A DNA stretch of 64,000 nt from an uncultured Candidatus Saccharibacteria bacterium (GTDB lineage Bacteria > Patescibacteriota > Minisyncoccia > Phycocordibacterales > PALSA-1337). The first letter of the stretch is position 1. Each line of letters starts with the position of its first letter. Made by a program: the position numbers and the translations under genes. The notes under the pieces are model-generated. The model did not search any database and was not told the origin of the DNA. It saw only the letters and a program-made list of their open reading frames with translations. The DNA lies in the NCBI GenBank assembly GCA_964495685.1, contig CAZBVQ010000001.1, positions 39,477 through 103,476 on the forward strand, read 5' to 3'. Below are positions 38,905 to 47,611 of the stretch, one piece after another.

Positions 38905-38983
38905 ATAACCCGCGAACGAAGTGAGCGGAGCAATACCCTCCAATGGGTATAACCCGCGAACGAAGTGAGCGGAGCAATACCCT
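38905..38983. repeat. tandem direct repeat, 2 x 35 nt (ATAACCCGCGAACGAAGTGAGCGGAGCAATACCCT), period 44 nt
   Basis: Exact copies at 38905-38939 and 38949-38983. The first is preceded by a perfect DnaA-box TGTGGATAA (38900-38908). Related copy at 3621-3651. Confidence 0.9.
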
Positions 38984-39026
38984 GTATAGGTATAGCTAAA
39001 AGACATTTCAAAATCTCCTCGAGAAA

Positions 39027-40520
39027 TTACGAAACGTGATGTCTTTTTCGTATCTCGGTGAGATTTTTTTCTTCGGCCTCGTGTTTTTTCTCTTTGCCTT
39101 TTTCTGCGAGCGCTTTCAGTTCTTTTTCTGGTAGAGAAATTAATTCGAGAGTACGTTTCTCCAGATATTCAGAAGTGTTGAGCTTCGGATCCTCAAGGAC
39201 TTCTTCCATAAGCGCGTTCAATACAAGCCCGACCTTGGGTCCAGCGGGTACACTCGCGATATCCATGATCTTCTTACCATCAATATTGAGCATGGTCACG
39301 GAAACAGGATCACGAAGCGCTTCCTCAACCATTGATTTGTATTTACGAAGACGATAAGGGTCTGCCTTCGGCCTCCCTGTACCTATACGGTCACAGATGC
39401 GGACATTCATGAGGTCCCAAATGTTATCTTTGCCTACATTAACAATCATCCTCCTTACGGCTGACAGGGTTATCGTGCCTGTATCTGAGAAAAACATGTG
39501 CCAACGTACCAATTTGGTTACTTTGTCGATTGTTGCACGTGAAAACTTCAATCTCTCCAGTATCTTACGTGTTTCACGTGAACCAATTACCTCGTGACCA
39601 TAGAATGTCGGCTGCCCTGTTTCACGTGAAAGACGCTTAGTTTGGGGCTTGGAAATATCATGAAACAGTGCAGACAGCCTTATTTCTAGGCCCCATTTCT
39701 GGTCTGCGGCATGTTGCAGACTCCTCAGGAGGTGTTCCCAGACCGTGAAAGCGTGAGCCTGATTCTGGGCGACGTCTATTCCCTGCTCAAGTTCTGGTAT
39801 GAAATGTTGCAGTAGAGCCGTTTCATGGAGAAGTTCGATACCTTTCATAGGATCAGGTGACATTAGTATCTTCGAGAATTCGTCACGAATTCTTTCATGT
39901 GAAACATCCTTTATCGCCGAATTAAGAGTTTTGATAGCTCCCAGAGTCCCCTGCTCTATGGTGAAACCAAGTTCTACGGCAAAACGAACAGCGCGGATCA
40001 TACGTAGAGCATCTTCATTGAAGCGATCCTGAGGATTTCCAACTGTCCGTATAGTTTTGTCCTTTATATCGACAAAACCGCCGTAAAGGTCGATTATGTC
40101 CTTTATGGCCCCTTTCGAAAGGGACACGGCAATAGCGTTCACGGTGAAATCGCGACGCTTGAGATCGTCCTCTATCTTGCTGCTGAATTGAACTTTGTCC
40201 GGGTGGCGGCGATCGGAGTACCCTGTTTCGAGTCGGTACGGAGTCACCTCAACATTCCTGAGAGAAATGTCCTCGGTAGTCTCATCTATCACAACCACAG
40301 TGCCATATACATTTTCGTATACCGTCTTGGAAAATAGTTCCTGAATGTCTTCAGGGTGCGCATTGGTGGTCACGTCCCAATCCTTCGGAATGCGTCCGAG
40401 GAATAGATCCCTGACACAACCGCCTACCAAATACGCCTCAAAACCGCCCTTTTCTAGGGTTTCGACGATGCGGATTATTTCCGCCGGAATAGGACTACTT
40501 TTTACGGCTTTCGTGGTCAT
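39027..40520 (-). CDS. cca: CCA-adding tRNA nucleotidyltransferase / poly(A) polymerase family with HD domain
   Basis: GGCVRDLFLGRIPKDWD head-domain motif and an HD phosphohydrolase region. 497 aa. Confidence 0.85.
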   Translation of the reverse strand: MTTKAVKSSPIPAEIIRIVETLEKGGFEAYLVGGCVRDLFLGRIPKDWDVTTNAHPEDIQELFSKTVYENVYGTVVVIDETTEDISLRNVEVTPYRLETGYSDRRHPDKVQFSSKIEDDLKRRDFTVNAIAVSLSKGAIKDIIDLYGGFVDIKDKTIRTVGNPQDRFNEDALRMIRAVRFAVELGFTIEQGTLGAIKTLNSAIKDVSHERIRDEFSKILMSPDPMKGIELLHETALLQHFIPELEQGIDVAQNQAHAFTVWEHLLRSLQHAADQKWGLEIRLSALFHDISKPQTKRLSRETGQPTFYGHEVIGSRETRKILERLKFSRATIDKVTKLVRWHMFFSDTGTITLSAVRRMIVNVGKDNIWDLMNVRICDRIGTGRPKADPYRLRKYKSMVEEALRDPVSVTMLNIDGKKIMDIASVPAGPKVGLVLNALMEEVLEDPKLNTSEYLEKRTLELISLPEKELKALAEKGKEKKHEAEEKNLTEIRKRHHVS

Positions 40521-40581
40521 TATGTGGCTTATTCTAGTACAATTTGGGCTTTTTTACTATCTGCGTTAGTATGTAACCAAT

Positions 40582-40655
40582 GCGCCCGTGGTGAAATGGA
40601 TATCATACCGGTCTTCGGAACCGTTGTTGGGGGTTCGAATCCCTCCGGGCGCACC
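40582..40655 (+). tRNA. tRNA-Arg (anticodon UCG; anticodon assignment tentative), CCA encoded
   Basis: 7-bp acceptor stem GCGCCCG/CGGGCGC, T-arm GGGGG-TTCGAAT-CCCTC, anticodon loop CTTCGGA, 3' CCA present. Confidence 0.75.
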
Positions 40656-40829
40656 ACTTCGCGATTCTTCGAATCGCTTCGTAGTGCGGAGCACCAAACT
40701 TTTGCATTTTATTAAATTTGCGCTATACTTCTTTCACGTAATTGCGCCGAATTGGTGGGCTTGCCCGCCAAAACTCGGGGCGAAGCGTAGAGCGAAGGTC
40801 CTCCTTCGCCAGAGGTTACAGAGGGCAAC

Positions 40830-40900
40830 GCGGGTATAGTTTAGTGGTAGAATGCGTCCTTGCCAAGGACGAGATGGGAGTTCGATTCTCCCTACCCGCA
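40830..40900 (+). tRNA. tRNA-Gly (anticodon GCC), CCA not encoded
   Basis: Acceptor GCGGGTA/TACCCGC, anticodon stem-loop CGTCC-TTGCCAA-GGACG, T-arm GGGAG-TTCGATT-CTCCC. Confidence 0.85.
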
Positions 40901-41221
40901 CAGAAATTCCCCTTCATAAAAATAAATAGTCGCCGAATAGGCGTATTTGTGCTACGTGCACCTGAAATAACTGTCTTATTAACACTTTTCCCCTGTCTTT
41001 TTATCCAAAAACATAAAATATGGCTTAAAACCGTAGAGCTAACAGACAAACTGTGGATAAGTCTGTGAGTAACGGGCATAAAAGACACAAAAAATGGCTT
41101 ATTTTCGTAGAAATGGCCTAAAATCATGTTCTTTTGGGGTTACCGATCCGATAAAGCTATATTTGTAGCCATATATTAACGCACTGGTTTTAAAAGTCAG
41201 GACAAATATGTTGTCATAATT

Positions 41222-41243
41222 AAATGTTTCACAAGAAACATTT
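41222..41243. promoter_or_regulatory. palindromic operator-like site AAATGTTTC-ACAA-GAAACATTT upstream of the yraN-like gene
   Basis: Perfect 9-bp inverted repeat 23 nt upstream of the start at 41266, followed by a CACGTG palindrome. Confidence 0.35.
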
Positions 41244-41265
41244 CACGTGAAGCATTCTATAAACC

Positions 41266-41643
41266 ATGAATACTAAGTACTTAGGTAATGTGGGAGAAGA
41301 TATCGCCTGCAAGTTTCTTGAGAGGCGCGGTTTTGTCGTAGTTGCCCGTAATTATCAACGTAAATGGGGTGAAATAGATATTATTGCTCGGGAAGGGCAG
41401 GTCTTTCACTTCTGTGAGGTCAAATCAATGAAGGCGTCGCACGCCTCTCGTGATAGGGGACATCGTCCGGAAGATAATGTTCACAGGCATAAGACACAGA
41501 GAATACGACGAATGATCGAAACGTATTTGTCTGATATCGGACAGGGGATAGACGCACCATTTGAGTTTCATGTGCTCTCAGTCTACATAAATATGCAGAC
41601 ACGCTGCTCGCAAGTGTACTGGCTTAGAAACATCATTATCTGA
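41266..41643 (+). CDS. YraN/UPF0102 family endonuclease-like protein
   Basis: GEDIACKFLERRGFVVVARNYQRKWGEIDIIAREGQVFHFCEVKS matches the YraN N-terminal pattern. Confidence 0.7.
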   Translation: MNTKYLGNVGEDIACKFLERRGFVVVARNYQRKWGEIDIIAREGQVFHFCEVKSMKASHASRDRGHRPEDNVHRHKTQRIRRMIETYLSDIGQGIDAPFEFHVLSVYINMQTRCSQVYWLRNIII

Positions 41644-41692
41644 TAGGTGAGGTAGACCTTTCTGGTATACACGTGCTAGTATGAGCCAATCG

Positions 41693-41765
41693 CGGAGCGT
41701 GGTGTAACGGCTAACATGCCTGTTTTGGGAACAGGTGACTCCGGGTTCGAATCCCGGCGCTCCGA
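41693..41765 (+). tRNA. tRNA-Pro (anticodon UGG)
   Basis: C1:G72 first pair characteristic of bacterial tRNA-Pro; anticodon stem-loop CCTGT-TTTGGGA-ACAGG; T-arm CCGGG-TTCGAAT-CCCGG. Confidence 0.8.
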
Positions 41766-41854
41766 CTGACATTATATAACCACTAGCAATGTGCTCGCAG
41801 GTAGCGAGTTTTGAGTCGCGGGCGAATCCCGACGGCATGCTATAATTTACCGCA

Positions 41855-42298
41855 ATGATAAAAAGAATTTTTGTATTTTTCGATAAACTTGAAGATCGTA
41901 TCCGAGGTCATTTGAGTCGTTTTCCTATTCTCTACACGATCATCGGCGGTATTGCCATTGTATTGTTTTGGCGTGGCGTGTGGCACACGGCAGACATATT
42001 GCAGGCGAAGGGAGGTTGGCTGGGATTTATTTTTTATGAGCCAGTGAATCTGCTTTTGGTTTTGGCTGTCTTGCTCGCTACTGGTCTGTTCGTTTCATAT
42101 TTTATTGGCGATACGATTCTTATTAGTGGTTTGCGTAAAGAGAAAAAAATACACGAAAAGACTGAACGTGAGATCAGGGATGAAGAGGCAACGCTCAACG
42201 ATATAAAGAAGGTCGTGAAGGAGCTCAAAAATGAAGTTGATGAAATCCGTGATACGGTCAAAGAAGATCACAAGATTCATCACGGAGAGGGGAAGTAA
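41855..42298 (+). CDS. hypothetical membrane protein with charged coiled-coil C-terminus
   Basis: Two or three TM helices, then a K/E-rich helix. Confidence 0.45.
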   Translation: MIKRIFVFFDKLEDRIRGHLSRFPILYTIIGGIAIVLFWRGVWHTADILQAKGGWLGFIFYEPVNLLLVLAVLLATGLFVSYFIGDTILISGLRKEKKIHEKTEREIRDEEATLNDIKKVVKELKNEVDEIRDTVKEDHKIHHGEGK

Positions 42299-42317
42299 GT
42301 TTCTGGACATACTATAG

Positions 42318-43016
42318 TTGAACAGATATACTTTGTTCGATATGTATTCTAGGAATTATAAAAATAAAGCCATATCGCTTCGCGAACAGGGGTACTCTCT
42401 TGGATATATTGCCGAGAAGCTTGATGTTGCAAAAAGTACGCTAAGTGTATGGCTAAAGAGCGTTACATTTTTTCCGAATGAAATAACAAGGAACTCCGTA
42501 GCTCATGGTCAAAAACAGGCAGTTGCGACAAAACGTTCTGACAAAGCCATTTCTCTTGCCCGCGCGTATAAATACGCACAAGAATCAGTTGGCGTCTTGT
42601 CAAAAAGAGATAGGTTTCTCGTTGGAATTGGGATTTATATCGGGGAAGGTGGTAGGGCCTTTAATAGTACTAGAATAGCAAATTCTGATCCGCGTACCAT
42701 TGGGTTTTGCCTGTCGTGGCTCAAAGAATGTTTTGGTTTGATGAATAAAAATATTCGTATTAGAGTTCATATATACCCTGACAATAATGAGAAAAGAGTC
42801 TTAACATATTGGATGAAAGAACTTGGTTTGGGGAAGAAATCATTTTATCCCTGTTTTATTGATAGGAGAGTCGGTAAGAGATCGAAAAAAGTGAATGTAT
42901 TACCGTACGGGACTGCCCATATGAGTGTGGTCAGCAATGGTAACAAAGATTTTGGTGTCTTGTTACATCGTAAAATCCTTGCTACGATTGACCGTATTCT
43001 CACTATGCGGGGTTAG
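42318..43016 (+). CDS. HTH-domain protein with possible LAGLIDADG-like endonuclease fold
   Basis: N-terminal HTH (GYSLGYIAEKLDVAKSTLSVWLK). Central FLVGIGIYIGEGG weakly resembles a LAGLIDADG motif. The last 10 nt overlap the 5' end of tRNA-Gly(UCC). Confidence 0.4.
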   Translation: MNRYTLFDMYSRNYKNKAISLREQGYSLGYIAEKLDVAKSTLSVWLKSVTFFPNEITRNSVAHGQKQAVATKRSDKAISLARAYKYAQESVGVLSKRDRFLVGIGIYIGEGGRAFNSTRIANSDPRTIGFCLSWLKECFGLMNKNIRIRVHIYPDNNEKRVLTYWMKELGLGKKSFYPCFIDRRVGKRSKKVNVLPYGTAHMSVVSNGNKDFGVLLHRKILATIDRILTMRG

Positions 43017-43077
43017 TTTAACGGTAAAATTTCTGTTTTCCAAACAGAAGTCGCGGGTTCGACTCCCGCACCCCGCA
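43007..43077 (+). tRNA. tRNA-Gly (anticodon UCC), CCA not encoded
   Basis: Acceptor GCGGGGT/ACCCCGC, anticodon stem-loop TCTGT-TTTCCAA-ACAGA, T-arm GCGGG-TTCGACT-CCCGC. Confidence 0.8.
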
Positions 43078-43145
43078 CAACCAAGGCCGATGCGGATGGC
43101 TCAACAAGCGCGCTATTTCAGTCCGACACTCGGATCCGTCAAAAA

Positions 43146-43670
43146 ATGAAAAAAGAAGTATATAAAGATAGAAAATACGAGATCGTTTCATACGACCCTG
43201 AGTGGCCGAGACGATTTGAATTGTACGCTGACAAAGTCAGGAAAATCTTTGGTCCTGAAGTTCAAATAGAACACATTGGCAGCACTTCTGTGCCCGGCAT
43301 GTCTGGAAAACCATGTATTGATGTTCTCGTTGTGGTTGATATGAAAATCGTTGAGTCTCACACTCAAGAACTCTTAGCTGCTGGATTCGTTGATGCTGGT
43401 GAGTTTGTAATGAAAGGATCACACCTCTTTCGAGTTATGAATGGTCATGAGCCTATTGTTAACATTCATTTCTTTCCTCCTGGTCACTCGCATGTAGTTC
43501 AAATGATTGCAGTTAGGGACTTTCTTCGCTCGCATCCAGAGGAAGTCACTACGTACTCAAAAATTAAGGATGAATTATTCGTGAAATTTGCAGATGATTA
43601 TTCGGCTTATAGAGAAAATAAGGATAAGTATATGCATGAGCTTATTAAAAGGGCACTAGCTAAATCCTGA
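43146..43670 (+). CDS. GrpB/UPF0157 family nucleotidyltransferase-fold protein
   Basis: IEHIGSTSVPGMSGKPCIDVLVVV matches the GrpB signature. Confidence 0.7.
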   Translation: MKKEVYKDRKYEIVSYDPEWPRRFELYADKVRKIFGPEVQIEHIGSTSVPGMSGKPCIDVLVVVDMKIVESHTQELLAAGFVDAGEFVMKGSHLFRVMNGHEPIVNIHFFPPGHSHVVQMIAVRDFLRSHPEEVTTYSKIKDELFVKFADDYSAYRENKDKYMHELIKRALAKS

Positions 43671-43680
43671 TATAAAAAGA

Positions 43681-43900
43681 AACACCCCGAAGCCGAAGCT
43701 AAGGGGTGGAGCACTTTAATAACGTCATTGCTCGGGACCTGTCTACTGACGCAATGGAACCATGTGGTTCCGCCAACCGGTGAACAATGCATCGGGTGGT
43801 ACCTATCCCGATGGGACTGGAGTCATCATTCCCTTTGGCCAATCCGTCCTTGGGGAACTATCGCTGTCAAACAGTTAGGGTGCCGCGAACCGCAATCCCC
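43681..43900. other. GC-rich structured noncoding segment (candidate ncRNA or recombinase attachment region)
   Basis: GC content well above neighbours. No ORF. Terminal GGGG...CCCC complementarity. Internal hairpins GGAACC-ATGT-GGTTCC and CATCGGG-N10-CCCGATG. Sits between grpB and the 3' end of the serine recombinase. Confidence 0.25.
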
Positions 43901-44030
43901 AACCAAATCAATGTACTTTATTACTATACAAGTATAGCATGCCCATAAAATTTGTCAAGCAAAATTTCATTTTGTCCAGTATTATATAAATAATATGGCT
44001 CTGTTAGGCCATAAATGATAAGAATTAATA

Positions 44031-45386
44031 TTAATTGGTAATCGTGGATTTTTCTGAACATACATTTTCTAGTAGATTCAGTTTTTTATCCTTTAGAATT
44101 AGCCTACTCTTGATACACGACAACACCTCTCGTTTCTCTGTGAGCGTCCCATGCTGAAGTATGTACTTCGCAAAGGTCTTTATGTTGATGTCGTGTTGGT
44201 TCTTGATCTGGGGCAACTTTTTTTTGAGCACTCCAGTTTGGAATAGGGCATAGCGTGCCACTTCTTTCTCGAGTTTTTGCCTCAGTTCACTTTTGTCGAG
44301 GCTCATGCTGTCTATTATCTTCAGTGTCTCATCGATCAGTATCTGTTCGCTCACTTGATCATTATTACAATCGAGGTTTCGCAATTTTGTACATCGATAG
44401 AATACGTACGCTTTTACGCTTCCGTCTTTCAGTTCTTTAACCTTTTCTTCAGCTGTCACACCGGATTTGCAATAACCGCATTCAAGCATCCGAGTAAAGG
44501 CGAATTCTCGACCGTAAGCCTTTTTCTTTTCACCTAGAATTTTATCTTGCACGATATCGAATAGATCCTTCGTAATAATTGGTTCATGCTTACCTTGATA
44601 CCATTCTCCGCTTCCTCTTGGGTATTCAAATACGCCGTAATAGAAAGGCATTCTCAAAAGCCGGTAGATATTTCCGAGAGCTAAAGCCTTTCCGGTTCTC
44701 GTTGTGAAGCCGGAATCTTTGAGCCATCTGTAAATTTGTCTGCCAGACTGATTTTCATTCGCCACTTTCTCAAACATCTTCTTAATAATTGGTGCTCGAA
44801 TCGGATCTACGATGACTTGGCACTTTTCGTCCTTGTTTTTACTGTTCAGATAGCCAGTTAAGGCTAAGGAAGGTTTCAATCCCATCGCAGCCCTGGCTCT
44901 CAAGCCACGTCTTACGTTGATTACCTTGTTGTCGTTCTCGAGTTTTGCCTGACTTCCTAGGATCATCAGCAAGAACTTCTCATTTGGATTGTTCGTGAAT
45001 TTTTGACCGCCATAGGTTCTGATTTCTTTGAGCAACCCTTGATCCATGAGATCAACTATTTTGCCTAAGTCACCAGCATTTCGACTTATTCGATCCGGTG
45101 CCCATGTCAGAATGCCATCGAATCTACTTTTCTTTATATCCTCGATTATTTCGTTGAAGACCGGACGTTGCCCAGCTTCTTTGGCTGAATGAGACTCGCG
45201 TTTTGTAATAACGATCTCAAGATTTTCGGTAACCGCCATTTTTTGCATTTCAACTATCTGGGAATCGATAGAGAGCACCTGCCGATCCTCCTGCTCGGTG
45301 CTTTTACGAGCATACAAGCAGTATCTAACCTTTACTGGGCTTGATGGTTTGGCCGGAAGCCCGACTGGCCTTTGGGTAGTTTCCAT
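44031..45386 (-). CDS. large serine recombinase (resolvase/integrase family)
   Basis: N-terminal resolvase catalytic domain (YCLYARKSTEQEDRQVLSIDSQ with the nucleophile Ser), recombinase domain, Cys-containing zinc-ribbon region (CGYC...C..C) and coiled-coil C-terminus. 451 aa. Confidence 0.85.
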   Translation of the reverse strand: METTQRPVGLPAKPSSPVKVRYCLYARKSTEQEDRQVLSIDSQIVEMQKMAVTENLEIVITKRESHSAKEAGQRPVFNEIIEDIKKSRFDGILTWAPDRISRNAGDLGKIVDLMDQGLLKEIRTYGGQKFTNNPNEKFLLMILGSQAKLENDNKVINVRRGLRARAAMGLKPSLALTGYLNSKNKDEKCQVIVDPIRAPIIKKMFEKVANENQSGRQIYRWLKDSGFTTRTGKALALGNIYRLLRMPFYYGVFEYPRGSGEWYQGKHEPIITKDLFDIVQDKILGEKKKAYGREFAFTRMLECGYCKSGVTAEEKVKELKDGSVKAYVFYRCTKLRNLDCNNDQVSEQILIDETLKIIDSMSLDKSELRQKLEKEVARYALFQTGVLKKKLPQIKNQHDINIKTFAKYILQHGTLTEKREVLSCIKSRLILKDKKLNLLENVCSEKSTITN

Positions 45387-45535
45387 ACCTCAAGGAATGA
45401 CAGAACCCATCCGATGAGTCTAGGATCCGTCGGAGTTGATAAATTGTAGGTAACTCTCCTCGAGAATTATGCAGAAATGATGAAATATGCTTATACTTAT
45501 AGTATTAATCGTCAAAAATTAATCTTTTTAATAAC

Positions 45536-46648
45536 ATGAAGAAAACAATCTGGTGGATAGTCGGCATCGTTGTTGCAATCCTTATAATTATTGCCATTTC
45601 TCGTGGGTCATCGACTACAAGTTCAGGTCCCATTAAGATAGGTTTTATTGGACCTTTGACTGGCGATACTTCTTCGCTCGGCCAAGCTAGCAAGTCGGCT
45701 GTTGAGATTGCGATTGATGAGCTAAATCAATCAGGTGGGGTTAATGGTCGCCAGCTTCAGGTTATTTATGAAGACGGCAAATGTTTGGCAGCTTCTGGTT
45801 TAAGTGCAGGACAAAAACTCATCAGTTATGACAAGGTAACTGCTATTATTGGCGGGCTTTGCACTTCGGAGACAGCCTCTTTTGTAAAAATTGCTAGTGA
45901 TGCAAAAGTCCCTGTGATCTCATATTGTTCGTCTGCACCGTCTTTGAGCCAATCAGGTCCATATTTCTTTAGGACTTATCCTTCAGATTCATACCAAGGC
46001 AAATTTGCAGCAGAGTACGCATACAACACTCTTGGCGCGAGAAATGTTGCCGTTCTTTACCATATATCTGACTGGGGAACTGGCATCAAAGATGTGTTCA
46101 CAAAAAGATTCACCGAACTCGGTGGGAAAATTGTTGATGTGGAGGGAACCCTTCAGGAATCGCGTGACTATAAAACTCAGCTAACGAAAGTAAAGGCTGC
46201 CAATCCTGATTATATCTACATGCCAATGTATATTGAGGGTTCATTGATTGCAGTACAACAGGCGCAGGATCTTGGAATAAAGACAAAACTTCTCGGTACG
46301 GATACATGGAGTGATCCTAAGTTTGTTAGCGCAGTGAATAAAAATGCGGATATCTTATATGCTGGTTCCACGGGAAATTCTGATGAAGCGTTCCAAAATA
46401 AGTATATAGCCAAGACCGGTGAGAAACAGGTTCCTATATGTGCTCCTCAGGCTTATGATGCTGTGACGGCGTTAGCTTCTGCAATGAAAGAGGTTGGTAC
46501 CGATGCTACTAAGCTTCCTGATGCGATTCGCAGCCAGAATTTCCAAGGTGTAACAGGTCAAGTATCTTTTGATGCTAATGGAGACATCACTCATGTTGGT
46601 TATGTAGTGAAAAGAGTTAAGGATGGGCAAGTAATTCAGATACAGTAG
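45536..46648 (+). CDS. ABC transporter substrate-binding protein, LivJ/Peripla_BP_6 family, paralog 1 (N-terminal TM anchor)
   Basis: TM helix, then IKIGFIGPLTGDTSSLGQ and a type I periplasmic-binding fold. Confidence 0.8.
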   Translation: MKKTIWWIVGIVVAILIIIAISRGSSTTSSGPIKIGFIGPLTGDTSSLGQASKSAVEIAIDELNQSGGVNGRQLQVIYEDGKCLAASGLSAGQKLISYDKVTAIIGGLCTSETASFVKIASDAKVPVISYCSSAPSLSQSGPYFFRTYPSDSYQGKFAAEYAYNTLGARNVAVLYHISDWGTGIKDVFTKRFTELGGKIVDVEGTLQESRDYKTQLTKVKAANPDYIYMPMYIEGSLIAVQQAQDLGIKTKLLGTDTWSDPKFVSAVNKNADILYAGSTGNSDEAFQNKYIAKTGEKQVPICAPQAYDAVTALASAMKEVGTDATKLPDAIRSQNFQGVTGQVSFDANGDITHVGYVVKRVKDGQVIQIQ

Positions 46649-46651
46649 CAA

Positions 46652-47443
46652 TTACACCTTCGCCTGCTTCCAGGCAATCTCAAAAATCATCCTCATCATT
46701 CCGTGAATAGTGTCGTCCTCGATGATGATACCGATGACATTGTCTTTGGTTAGTTTTGTTATGGAGACTTTGTTTTGTCCGTAAATGGTCAGTTCTGCTT
46801 CATAAGGGAAGTCTTCTTTGGGCACAAAGCGCATAATTGGCCATAGATCTTTGCGGATCCCCGAAAAAACATCCTTGTCGTATACTCTATCTTCTGCCGT
46901 ATCAGGAAGAATCCCGCGGGTCGTGATACCCAGCCGTTCTTTACCTTTGATAAAATCGCGAAGATCGCGCTTTGGCATATAATCCTTGAATAATTTTGCA
47001 TTAGAAAATGCAAGCATCTCATATTTCTTTGGCTCGGATATCATATCGACACAAATTTTCTTGACAGCATCTGGACCTTCGAAAAATCGTATCTTTGGCG
47101 CTTTGTCGAAAGCAGAAAATATTTTGCGCAATTCAGGCACGATCTTTTCTATGTTTTCGAGTTGGTCTTCGGCCATACGTATTCTAGTCTTGCCGTAGTG
47201 AACGAGTTTCTCAGGGCTCTCGGGTTGGTAGAAGACTTTATTTCTCTTCTTAATCTCATTAGCCAGTCCTTTAACTGAAAGCTCAAGAAGTATCCTATAG
47301 GTCGTGCTTCTTTTGATTCTTGCATGATCAGCTATTTTGGATGGAAAGCCTCCACCAAGTTCCAAGAGGGCACTGTATACGGCGGCCTCCTTGTCGGTTA
47401 ATCCGCTCCTACCCAATACCGTACTTAAAGTTGTGTTGTTCAT
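46652..47443 (-). CDS. TrmB-family transcriptional regulator, paralog 1
   Basis: N-terminal wHTH (LGRSGLTDKEAAVYSALLELGGGFPSKIADHARIKRSTTYRILLELSVKGL). About 264 aa from the internal ATG at 47443. Confidence 0.7.
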   Translation of the reverse strand: MNNTTLSTVLGRSGLTDKEAAVYSALLELGGGFPSKIADHARIKRSTTYRILLELSVKGLANEIKKRNKVFYQPESPEKLVHYGKTRIRMAEDQLENIEKIVPELRKIFSAFDKAPKIRFFEGPDAVKKICVDMISEPKKYEMLAFSNAKLFKDYMPKRDLRDFIKGKERLGITTRGILPDTAEDRVYDKDVFSGIRKDLWPIMRFVPKEDFPYEAELTIYGQNKVSITKLTKDNVIGIIIEDDTIHGMMRMIFEIAWKQAKV

Positions 47444-47611
47444 GCGTTTAGCATACAGGAAACAGTGAAATTTGTCCATCCGAACGGACAGAATTGAATG
47501 AGTGATAAATACGTGCCTATATTTAGCCATTTTCCAAGATACCACATTTACAACGCGACACAAGCATTGCGTAATATACTATAATTTTGGCATTAGTAAT
47601 TAATAAAAATT

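Larger units (their letters stand above)
43007..45386. mobile_element. putative integrative-element junction: tRNA-Gly(UCC), grpB, GC-rich segment, large serine recombinase
   Basis: A recombinase next to a tRNA, with a compositional anomaly between them, marks the edge of the accessory SBP/TrmB region. Element boundaries not determined. Confidence 0.3.

Noticed and set aside
38905-38983. The two 35-nt direct repeats as a CRISPR array
   Set aside because: Only two units with a 9-nt gap (no spacer-length insert), no cas genes nearby, and a related copy occurs singly at 3.6 kb. It fits a REP-like or protein-binding repeat better.
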